Made by a program: the position numbers and the translations under genes. The notes beneath the pieces are model-generated. The model was given only the letters and a program-made list of their open reading frames with translations, was not told the origin of the DNA and made no database searches. Shown here piece after piece: positions 56,213 to 64,000 of a DNA stretch of 64,000 nucleotides (its first letter is position 1; each line of letters opens with the position of its first letter). Source of the DNA: Lachnospiraceae bacterium (GTDB lineage Bacteria; Bacillota; Clostridia; Lachnospirales; Lachnospiraceae); contig JAGACK010000047.1 in assembly GCA_017614155.1 (NCBI GenBank), positions 29,096 to 93,095 of the forward strand, written 5' to 3'.

Positions 56213-59137
56213 ATGAAGATAGAAGAAATAAAAGAATATGAAATTGTAAAAATGAAGGACTTAAAGGATATCAGATCAAAGGGTTATCTGCTCAGGCATA
56301 AAAAGAGCGGAGCGAGGATCTGCATCCTTTCAAATGATGACAGAAACAAGGTGTTTTATGTGGCCTTCAGGACGCCGCCTTCTGATTCCTGCGGGACCCC
56401 GCACATACTGGAGCATTCCGTCCTCTGCGGTTCGAGGAAGTACCGCGCAAAGGATCCCTTCATAGAGCTTGCCAAGGGCTCACTGAATACCTTTCTCAAT
56501 GCAATGACCTATCCGGACAAGACGGTATATCCGGTTGCCAGCACAAATGACAGGGATTTTGCGAACCTGAGCGATGTATATATGGATTCTGTGCTTCATC
56601 CCGCGATCTATGATAACGAAAAGATCTTCAGACAGGAAGGCTGGCATTACGAGCTTGAAAGTGAAGACGGAGAGCTGACCTACAATGGTGTCGTTTATAA
56701 TGAGATGAAGGGGGCATTTTCGTCACCGGAGTCGGTTCTGGAAAGATTCATACTGAATTCTCTTTATCCTGACACGCCCTACGCTCTTGAATCGGGAGGC
56801 GATCCTGAAGAGATTCCCAATCTTACATATGAAAGATTTCTCGAGCTTCATAAAAAATACTATCATCCGGGAAATTCCTATATCTATATCTATGGAAATT
56901 GTGACATGGCCGAAAGGCTTGAGTGGCTTGACAGGGAGTATCTTTCACATTACGAAGCGCAGGAGACGGATTCGCGGATCAGGATACAGAAACCCTTTTC
57001 AAAGATGCATGAATCGGAAAAGTCATATTCACTTTCCGATTCCGAGGAGCTTACAGGAAATACCTATCTTTCCCTGAATTATGTCCTGGGAAAAGACATG
57101 GATCCCATGATGAAGGCTGCGATCCAGATCCTTCAGTATGCCCTGGTCGAATCAGGCGGCTCACCCATCAAAAAGGCGCTTCTTGATTCGGGCATATGCA
57201 AGGATGTCGAAAGTACTTTTGAACCGGGCGTTCTTCAGCCGTTTTTTTCCATCACTGCCAAGTATTCGGATGAAGAACACAGGGACAGATTTATCAGTAT
57301 AGTTACGGATACGATAAAAGAACAGGTAAAGAAGGGTATCAACAGGCAGTCGCTCCTTGCCGGGCTGAACATCTATGAATTCAGATACAGGGAGGCTGAC
57401 TTCGGAAGCTACCCGAAGGGACTGATGTATGGTCTTGACAGTCTTGAAACCTGGCTTTACGACGATATGGATCCTTTCTCAAACCTTGAGATGATTGATG
57501 TCTTTGAGAGGATTGGAAAGGAGATAGAGAAAGGCAGCCGCTATTTTGAGGAGCTTCTTGAAAAGTGTTTCCTGAAGAACCACCATTCCTCCTTTGTAAT
57601 GCTCAAACCCGAAAAAGGACTCACGGCAAAAAAAGACGAGGAAACGGCAAAAAAACTGAAGAAATACAGAGATTCACTTTCTGAAAAAGAGATAGAAAAG
57701 ATCATAAAGGATACAAGAGAACTCAAAGAATACCAGTCATCCCCAAGTACGGAAGAGGAACTTAAGACTATCCCGATGCTGGATATCAGTGATATCGAAA
57801 AAAAGGCCCTGCCTCTGAAAAATGATGAAAAAACAGTTGATGATACGATCTTTGTACACCATGATATCTATACGAACGGCATAGCATATATAGGACTCCT
57901 GTTTTCGATGCAGAGCATTCCGGAAGACCTTCTTCCTGCACTGGCTCTGCTGAAAACGGTGCTGGGTTTTGTGGATACAAAAGGTCACACCTATCAGGAA
58001 CTTATCCACCTGACCAATATAAAGACCGGCGGACTGACAATTGACGCGGCATACTATGGGTGCCTCGACAGCCCCGGCGATTTTGACGAGGAACTTGAAG
58101 TCAGGGTAAAGGTTAAGGAAAACAGGATAGAAGAGGCATTTGAGCTGATAAAGGAGATATTGTTCTCATCTGATTTTTCCGACAAAAAAAGAATCAGAGA
58201 GATCGTTGAAATGGGCATATCCGCCATGCAGTCTTCAATGCAGTCATCCGGGCATGCCGTGGCTTATACGAGGGCTCTTTCCTACATAAGCGATATCATG
58301 TATTACAATGAAAAGGTTCACGGCCTTGAGGTCTATGCATTCCTGGACGATCTTGAAAAAAATTATGACAAAAAAATAGACGGCGTCATAAAGGATATGA
58401 AAAAGGTGCTTGAGATCCTCCTTCACAGGGATAACCTGATGGTTGATGCCACCTGTTCAAAGAAGGCCTTTGAGGAAACTGTCAGGTGTACGCTTGATAT
58501 AAAAAAGATGCTTTCATCAAAGAACTCAAAGCCTGCAAAGCTTCAGTTCTCGAGAAAGATCGCAAATGAAGGCTTCAGAAGTCCGGGACAGGTGCAGTAT
58601 GTTGCAAAGGCGGGAAATTTCTCAGACAAGGGACTGCCTTACAGAGGAGAACTCAGAGTCCTGAAGGTGATCATGGGTTATGATTATCTGTGGAATAATG
58701 TCAGGGTTTTAGGCGGCGCATACGGATGTATGTCATCCTTTGCCAGGAACGGGAACATGTTCCTGGTCTCATACAGGGATCCCCACCTGAAAAACACAAT
58801 GAAGGTATTTGATGAAGCAGCCGGATTTATCAGGAATTTCAAGGTGAACAAAAGGGAGATGTCCAAATATATAATAGGTACGATGGCCGGTTTTGAGATA
58901 CCGCTGACTCCCGTTGCGGAAGGAGCCAGATCTTTCGGAGCATATATGACAGGACTTTCCTACAGTGACATTCAAAAAGAAAGAGACGAGGTGTTAAGCT
59001 GTACGCCCAAAAAGATTAGAGAACTTGCACCGTATGTTGAACTGACCATGAAGGACAATGTGTTCTGTGTGGTCGGCTCCGAGGAAAAGATAGATGAGAA
59101 CGCATCTCTTTTTAAAGAAGTGAGGAATCTTTTATAG
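56213..59137 (+). CDS. M16C (pitrilysin/PreP-like) zinc metalloprotease
   Basis: 974 aa. Inverted zinc motif HILEHS..E, with four-domain insulinase-length architecture. Confidence 0.9.
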   Translation: MKIEEIKEYEIVKMKDLKDIRSKGYLLRHKKSGARICILSNDDRNKVFYVAFRTPPSDSCGTPHILEHSVLCGSRKYRAKDPFIELAKGSLNTFLNAMTYPDKTVYPVASTNDRDFANLSDVYMDSVLHPAIYDNEKIFRQEGWHYELESEDGELTYNGVVYNEMKGAFSSPESVLERFILNSLYPDTPYALESGGDPEEIPNLTYERFLELHKKYYHPGNSYIYIYGNCDMAERLEWLDREYLSHYEAQETDSRIRIQKPFSKMHESEKSYSLSDSEELTGNTYLSLNYVLGKDMDPMMKAAIQILQYALVESGGSPIKKALLDSGICKDVESTFEPGVLQPFFSITAKYSDEEHRDRFISIVTDTIKEQVKKGINRQSLLAGLNIYEFRYREADFGSYPKGLMYGLDSLETWLYDDMDPFSNLEMIDVFERIGKEIEKGSRYFEELLEKCFLKNHHSSFVMLKPEKGLTAKKDEETAKKLKKYRDSLSEKEIEKIIKDTRELKEYQSSPSTEEELKTIPMLDISDIEKKALPLKNDEKTVDDTIFVHHDIYTNGIAYIGLLFSMQSIPEDLLPALALLKTVLGFVDTKGHTYQELIHLTNIKTGGLTIDAAYYGCLDSPGDFDEELEVRVKVKENRIEEAFELIKEILFSSDFSDKKRIREIVEMGISAMQSSMQSSGHAVAYTRALSYISDIMYYNEKVHGLEVYAFLDDLEKNYDKKIDGVIKDMKKVLEILLHRDNLMVDATCSKKAFEETVRCTLDIKKMLSSKNSKPAKLQFSRKIANEGFRSPGQVQYVAKAGNFSDKGLPYRGELRVLKVIMGYDYLWNNVRVLGGAYGCMSSFARNGNMFLVSYRDPHLKNTMKVFDEAAGFIRNFKVNKREMSKYIIGTMAGFEIPLTPVAEGARSFGAYMTGLSYSDIQKERDEVLSCTPKKIRELAPYVELTMKDNVFCVVGSEEKIDENASLFKEVRNLL

Positions 59138-59139
59138 GT

Positions 59140-60042
59140 ATGGAAGAAAACGGATTCAGATGCGGCTTCGCAACGATCGTGGGAAGATCAAATGTCGGAA
59201 AATCCACGCTCATGAACCGGATCATAGGAATGAAGATAGCTATAACATCCCCGCGCGTGCAGACAACGAGAAAAAGGATCAGGACTGTATTTACCGGTAC
59301 CGGGGGACAGATCATATTTGTGGATACACCGGGGGTGCACAAGGCAAAGACGAAGCTTGGACAGTATATGGACAGGGCTGCGCTTGAAAGCATGAAGGAT
59401 GTTGATGTATGCCTGTGGGTCGTCGAACCGAAATCAAAGATAAATGATGATGACAGGGAGATCGCACAGGTCCTTGCCGATTCCGGAAAAAAGATAATAA
59501 TAGCAATCAATAAATGCGATACTGTCAAAAAAGAGGAGCTCCTTCCTGTCACGGAGGCGTTTTCAAAGCTTGTTCCCTTTGAAGCGATAATACCCGTATC
59601 CGCAATGACCGGGGATGGCGTGGACATCCTTACGGAAGAGATAATAAAAAACCTTCCTGAGGGACCGGCGCTTTTCGATGAAGAGACAGTGACCGAAGAA
59701 ACTGTCCGGTTCCTTTCGTCCGAGATCATCCGCGAAAAGGCTTTGAAAAACCTGAAGGAAGAGGTGCCCCACGGGATAGCGGTTGAGATCGTGTCCATGA
59801 AGGAAGAAAGTGATATCACCAGGATCGAGGCTGATATCATCTGCGAAAAGAATTCACACAAAGGCATAATAATAGGCAGGGGCGGAGAAATGCTAAAAAG
59901 GATAGGCACCCAGGCCAGATATGATATTGAAAAAATGCTTGAAACACATGTTGCCCTGAAGCTGTTTGTCAAGGTGAGGGACAACTGGCGCGACAATGAA
60001 AATCTGATGAAGAGTTACGGGTACGACAGCGGGGATCTTTGA
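59140..60042 (+). CDS. era: GTPase Era
   Basis: GRSNVGKSTLMN, DTPG, NKCD, and a C-terminal KH domain (IICEKNSHKGIIIGRGG). Confidence 0.95.
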   Translation: MEENGFRCGFATIVGRSNVGKSTLMNRIIGMKIAITSPRVQTTRKRIRTVFTGTGGQIIFVDTPGVHKAKTKLGQYMDRAALESMKDVDVCLWVVEPKSKINDDDREIAQVLADSGKKIIIAINKCDTVKKEELLPVTEAFSKLVPFEAIIPVSAMTGDGVDILTEEIIKNLPEGPALFDEETVTEETVRFLSSEIIREKALKNLKEEVPHGIAVEIVSMKEESDITRIEADIICEKNSHKGIIIGRGGEMLKRIGTQARYDIEKMLETHVALKLFVKVRDNWRDNENLMKSYGYDSGDL

Positions 60043-60701
60043 GATTGAGTGATTTGGTGCAGGTCTCGGGAATGGTCCTGAAGGCCTTTGATCATGCTGA
60101 ATATGACAGGAGGGTGATCCTTCTGACCAGGCAGACAGGCAAGATCACTGTCTTTGCAAAAGGAGTAAGGAGACAGGGCTCAAAGAACATGGCATCGACA
60201 GAACCTTTTGTTTACGGGCAGTTCAAGCTGTTTGAAGGAAAGAATGCCTACAATCTGGCTGAAGCCGATATCGAAAACTATTTCGAAGAACTGAGGCTTG
60301 ACATGGAAAAGATGTGTTATGCCTCTTTTTTTACGGATGCGGTTGAAAGGACCACGAAAGAGAATAACGATGAGGCTCAGATACTGAAGCTTTTATACAG
60401 ATCCATGCAGGGACTTTTATCTCCCGGACTGACAAGCAGGTTCGTAAGTACGGTGTTTTCCCTGAAGCTTTTGATGGAAAACGGGGTCTATGGGGGCTCC
60501 TCGGCAGAAGAGGGCATAGAAAACGGCACAAAACTTGCGCTTGATCATATCATGAAAAGTGAGATAAAGGACATCTTTGCTTTCAGGGTAAGCGACAGCT
60601 GTGCCTCGGAGCTTGACGGCATAGCAAAAAAGCGCCTTCGGGAGTTTGTAGGGACGGGACTAAAAAGCCTTGAAGTGATGAAGGATATGGGATATAATTA
60701 A
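60039..60701 (+). CDS. recO: DNA repair protein RecO
   Basis: TTGA overlap with the era stop. SGMVLKAFDHAEYDRRVILLTRQTGKITVFAKGVRR OB-fold N-terminus. era-recO synteny. The exact start is uncertain (TTG 60039/60045 or GTG 60057). Confidence 0.85.
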   Translation: MRLSDLVQVSGMVLKAFDHAEYDRRVILLTRQTGKITVFAKGVRRQGSKNMASTEPFVYGQFKLFEGKNAYNLAEADIENYFEELRLDMEKMCYASFFTDAVERTTKENNDEAQILKLLYRSMQGLLSPGLTSRFVSTVFSLKLLMENGVYGGSSAEEGIENGTKLALDHIMKSEIKDIFAFRVSDSCASELDGIAKKRLREFVGTGLKSLEVMKDMGYN

Positions 60702-60778
60702 CTGTTGCGTGCAGGCTTGAAAAGCATGCAAATAAACGGGACTTTATCGGTATTTTTACAGGCGTGTGACGGGAGAAT

Positions 60779-61381
60779 ATGAGTAAGAAGAGGAAGAAAC
60801 GCAGACAAAAAGTTTTGATCGCAAGATTCGTATTTGCAATGCTGGTCGTCTCGATTTTGGGTCTTATCGTTGTTGGCGGGTTCAGTATCGTAAAGAAGCT
60901 TTCCGAGGGCAAAGACAGGGACATAGAGGTTTCAACCCTGGTCTTTGAAAAGAGCGGCAAAGTGAAGCAGGTGATCGTTGAGGATTTTGATCCGTCGCTT
61001 TATGACGAGGCAGGCTTAAGGTCAATGATAGACGAGGAGATATCAAGGTTCGGCAAAGCAGTTGATGTGGAATCCCTTGATGTGACGGACGGAAAGGCAA
61101 AGCTCACTCTGGTATATGATGATGTGCAGGTCTGCGCGAATTTTAACGGGATCACCCTTTATGCCGATACGATCGAATCCTTAAAGAAAAGGGGCGTGAA
61201 CTTCCCTGAGGAGGCACTTTCTGCCGAAGGAAAGAACGCTGTCATCATTTCTTATCCGGTCAATGTCATAGTTCCGAAAAAGATCAGATATACATCACCC
61301 GGAGCTACGGTAGATCCTTCGGATGACAGGTGCGCGACAGTCACATCGGAAAACGGAAAGAACGCGCTGATAATCTATTAA
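60779..61381 (+). CDS. hypothetical N-terminally anchored protein
   Basis: RBS GGGAG. KKRKKRRQK plus the TM segment FVFAMLVVSILGLIVVGGF, then a ~150-aa soluble domain. No family recognised. Confidence 0.6.
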   Translation: MSKKRKKRRQKVLIARFVFAMLVVSILGLIVVGGFSIVKKLSEGKDRDIEVSTLVFEKSGKVKQVIVEDFDPSLYDEAGLRSMIDEEISRFGKAVDVESLDVTDGKAKLTLVYDDVQVCANFNGITLYADTIESLKKRGVNFPEEALSAEGKNAVIISYPVNVIVPKKIRYTSPGATVDPSDDRCATVTSENGKNALIIY

Positions 61382-61405
61382 GAATTTATGTGAGGAGATT
61401 TTATT

Positions 61406-62794
61406 ATGGAAAAAACAATGGAAAAGATCGTATCCTTATCGAAGGGAAGGGGATTCATATATCCCGGTTCCGAGATCTACGGCGGTCTTGCAAATACCTG
61501 GGATTACGGCAATCTCGGGGTTGAGCTCAAAAACAATGTGAAAAAGGCGTGGTGGCAGAGATTTGTCACCGGTAATAAATACAATGTCGGCGTGGACTGC
61601 GCCATCCTCATGAATACCCAGACCTATGTCGCTTCCGGCCATATAGGCAGTTTTTCGGATCCCCTTATCGACTGTAAGGAATGTCATGAAAGGTTCAGGG
61701 CGGACAATATAATCGAAGACTGGGCAAAGGAGAATAATGTCACTCTTGAGTCTTCCGTTGACGGGTGGTCAAACGAGGAGATGATGGATTTCATCAAAAA
61801 GAACAATATCGGCTGTCCTACCTGCGGCAAGCACAACTTCACGGACATCAGACAGTTCAACCTGATGTTCAAGACCTTCCAGGGAGTCACGGAGGATGCG
61901 AAGAATGTGGTATACCTTCGTCCCGAAACGGCACAGGGAATATTTGTCAATTTCAAAAATGTCCAGAGAACCTCGAGAAAGAAGGTTCCCTTCGGTATCG
62001 GACAGATAGGAAAGTCCTTCAGAAACGAGATAACTCCCGGAAACTTTACCTTCAGGACCCGTGAGTTTGAGCAGATGGAGCTTGAGTTTTTCTGCAAGCC
62101 GGGAACAGATCTGGAGTGGTTTGATTATTGGAAAAAGTACTGCCAGGATTTCCTGTATGACCTGGGTATCTCAAAGGAGAATATCAAGACCCGTGATCAT
62201 GATCCGGCAGAACTTGCATTCTATTCAAAGGCTACAACAGACCTCGAATATCTCTTCCCGTTCGGCTGGGGAGAGCTGTGGGGCATAGCGGACCGTACCG
62301 ATTACGATCTGTCCCAGCATGAAAAGACCTCGGGACAGGATATGAAATACTTCGATGATGAGACAAATGAGAAATACCTGCCCTATGTCATCGAGCCCTC
62401 GCTCGGAGCGGACAGAGTGGTTCTTGCCTTCCTTTGCGAGGCCTACGACGAGGAGGAACTTGAGGGAGGCGATGTCAGGACGGTGCTCCGCTTCCATCCG
62501 GCTCTCGCTCCGGTAAAGATCGGTGTCCTGCCTCTTTCCAAGAAGTTAAACGACGGAGCGGAGAAGATATACGACAAGTTGAGCAATTATTACAATTGTG
62601 AGTTTGACGACAGGGGCGCGATAGGAAAGCGCTACAGACGTCAGGACGAGATCGGTACCCCGTACTGCATCACCTACGACTTTGATTCGGAAAACGACAA
62701 TGCGGTCACGATCCGCGACAGGGATTCGATGCAGCAGGAGAGAGTGCCCATAGAAAAACTGGAAGAGTATTTTGCCCACAGATTTGACATCTGA
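61406..62794 (+). CDS. glyQS: glycine--tRNA ligase (homodimeric GlyQS type)
   Basis: [52 protein letters not shown], and a C-terminal anticodon-binding domain. Confidence 0.95.
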   Translation: MEKTMEKIVSLSKGRGFIYPGSEIYGGLANTWDYGNLGVELKNNVKKAWWQRFVTGNKYNVGVDCAILMNTQTYVASGHIGSFSDPLIDCKECHERFRADNIIEDWAKENNVTLESSVDGWSNEEMMDFIKKNNIGCPTCGKHNFTDIRQFNLMFKTFQGVTEDAKNVVYLRPETAQGIFVNFKNVQRTSRKKVPFGIGQIGKSFRNEITPGNFTFRTREFEQMELEFFCKPGTDLEWFDYWKKYCQDFLYDLGISKENIKTRDHDPAELAFYSKATTDLEYLFPFGWGELWGIADRTDYDLSQHEKTSGQDMKYFDDETNEKYLPYVIEPSLGADRVVLAFLCEAYDEEELEGGDVRTVLRFHPALAPVKIGVLPLSKKLNDGAEKIYDKLSNYYNCEFDDRGAIGKRYRRQDEIGTPYCITYDFDSENDNAVTIRDRDSMQQERVPIEKLEEYFAHRFDI

Positions 62795-62805
62795 AAAGTC
62801 TTTAG

Positions 62806-62834
62806 AGGGGGTCGTGACTGACCCCCTTTGTTTC
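62806..62834 (+). terminator. rho-independent terminator after glyQS
   Basis: Stem agggggtc/gaccccct, loop gtgact, then tttgtttc. Confidence 0.8.
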
Positions 62835-62943
62835 ATGAAAAACCGTACTGATTCGACATCCGATGGACAGTAGTTCCGCAGAGGGCGCGAGCAGGGGGTG
62901 ACCTGCGGGAGCCCGGACAAAAAAATAGCAAGGAGAAAAGATA

Positions 62944-64000
62944 ATGAAAAAATACGGCGTGAACGAACTTAGAAAAATGTTTTTGGAATTCTTTGAGGGC
63001 AAGGATCATCTGAAGATGAACAGCTTTTCGCTGGTGCCTCACAATGACAATTCCCTGCTGATCATCAACTCGGGAATGGCTCCTCTTAAACCCTATTTTA
63101 CCGGTCAGGAGATACCGCCGAGAAAGAGGGTCACGACCTGCCAGAAGTGCATCCGTACCGGAGATCTTGAAAATGTCGGAAAGACGGCGCGTCACGGCAC
63201 GTTTTTTGAGATGCTCGGAAACTTTTCCTTCGGTGATTATTTCAAGAATGAATCGATACCTTGGGCATGGGAGTTTCTGACAAAGACGGTAGGTCTTGAT
63301 GAAAACAGGCTGTATCCTTCCGTTTATGTCGATGACGACGAAGCCTATGAGATCTGGAACAAAAAGATGGGTATCGCGCCGGAGAGGATATTCAAGTTCG
63401 GCAAGGAGGACAACTTCTGGGAGCACGGCTCGGGACCCTGCGGACCCTGCTCGGAAATCTACTATGACAGAGGAGAAAAATACGGCTGCGGAAAGTCGGA
63501 CTGTACCGTGGGCTGTGACTGCGACCGGTATATGGAGGTCTGGAATATAGTCTTTTCGCAGTTTGACAACGACGGAAAGGGTAATTATTCGGATCTCGTT
63601 CAGAAGAACATAGATACCGGCATGGGCCTTGAAAGACTTGCGGTAGCTGTCCAGGATGTGGATTCCATCTTTGATGTGGACACTCTGGAGTCGCTTCGAA
63701 GCGAGGTGTGCAAAAAGGCCAGAGTTGCTTATAAAGATTCTGAAAAGACGGATGTTTCCATCAGGATAATAACCGATCATATCCGTTCGACTACCTTTAT
63801 GATCTCGGACGGCATCCTTCCTTCGAACGAGGGCAGGGGATATGTGCTTAGAAGGCTTATAAGAAGAGCCTGCCGTCACGGAAGGCTTCTTGGCATACAG
63901 GGAACCTTCCTTACGGAACTTGCAAAGGTGGTCATAAGGGATTCAAAGGACGGCTATCCGGAGCTAGAAGAAAAGAAGGATTTCATCCTCAAGGTCATCA
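62944..64000 (+). CDS. alaS: alanine--tRNA ligase, N-terminal part (runs off the window end; absent from the ORF track)
   Basis: ATG at 62944 after AAGGAGAAAAG. My own translation [95 protein letters not shown] is canonical AlaS. The frame stays open to position 64000. Confidence 0.95.
   Translation, partial: MKKYGVNELRKMFLEFFEGKDHLKMNSFSLVPHNDNSLLIINSGMAPLKPYFTGQEIPPRKRVTTCQKCIRTGDLENVGKTARHGTFFEMLGNFSFGDYFKNESIPWAWEFLTKTVGLDENRLYPSVYVDDDEAYEIWNKKMGIAPERIFKFGKEDNFWEHGSGPCGPCSEIYYDRGEKYGCGKSDCTVGCDCDRYMEVWNIVFSQFDNDGKGNYSDLVQKNIDTGMGLERLAVAVQDVDSIFDVDTLESLRSEVCKKARVAYKDSEKTDVSIRIITDHIRSTTFMISDGILPSNEGRGYVLRRLIRRACRHGRLLGIQGTFLTELAKVVIRDSKDGYPELEEKKDFILKVI

Noticed and set aside
59112-59996. 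294-aa minus-strand ORF
   Set aside because: It is antisense to era, whose GTPase and KH motifs are unambiguous on the + strand.
62835-62943. Possible riboswitch or T-box in front of alaS
   Set aside because: Only about 109 nt remain after the glyQS terminator. I find just one short imperfect hairpin (ccgcag..ctgcgg) and no specifier or T-box-like elements.
62833-63879. 348-aa minus-strand ORF, the only ORF listed for this interval
   Set aside because: The + strand frame from ATG 62944 translates to canonical AlaS and is missing from the track only because it has no stop within the window. The minus ORF is its shadow.

Overview
Almost the whole window is conserved chromosomal housekeeping DNA from a Firmicutes/Clostridia-type (Lachnospiraceae-like) genome. 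I see no rRNA, tRNA, CRISPR array, transposase, prophage or recognisable defence island. About 58 genes are tightly packed, mostly on the + strand. The order is trmD-rplS-lepB-rbgA-lepB'-rnhB-ylqG/ylqH-like-yraN, then a DJ-1 protein, a PRPP-synthetase-like protein, a DUF512 radical-SAM protein and der-plsY-gpsA, with metF convergent. Next come a receiver plus two tandem hybrid histidine kinases, a pseudouridine synthase, and ligA, two unknown membrane proteins and addB-addA. These are followed by an amidase, a tagA-like gene, glpK, a small DMT pair, an rsmF-like gene, an orphan ABC ATPase, DUF975, an SPFH/zinc-ribbon protein, a K/A-repeat protein and a double-REC regulator. After that come coaX and an ECF S-component (minus strand), nudF, xerD, putP (minus strand), a NifX-like protein, an HD-GYP protein, DUF4349, a cation/H+ antiporter (minus strand), PAP2, and aqpZ with a mini arginase-fold protein. 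The window ends with a 1418-aa dehydratase-activase fusion (minus strand), an anion permease, a rhomboid-like protein, an M16 protease, era-recO, an unknown gene, glyQS and the 5' part of alaS (not in the ORF track because it runs off the window). I cannot point to a clear new system. The most defensible leads are: (1) a YraN gene whose ATG and conserved N-terminus sit in different frames across an A_AAA_AAG heptamer; (2) a hybrid kinase interrupted by one in-frame TGA inside a transmembrane helix; (3) two uncharacterised membrane proteins, one with a poly-acidic tail, embedded in an apparent ligA-addBA operon; (4) an SPFH/double zinc-ribbon, K/A-repeat and double-REC trio; (5) the FliK-like/FlhB-C-like (ylqG/ylqH) pair in a ribosome-biogenesis cluster; (6) an AqpZ gene translationally coupled to a compact ureohydrolase-fold protein. 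All functional calls rest on motif recognition by eye. No searches were run.
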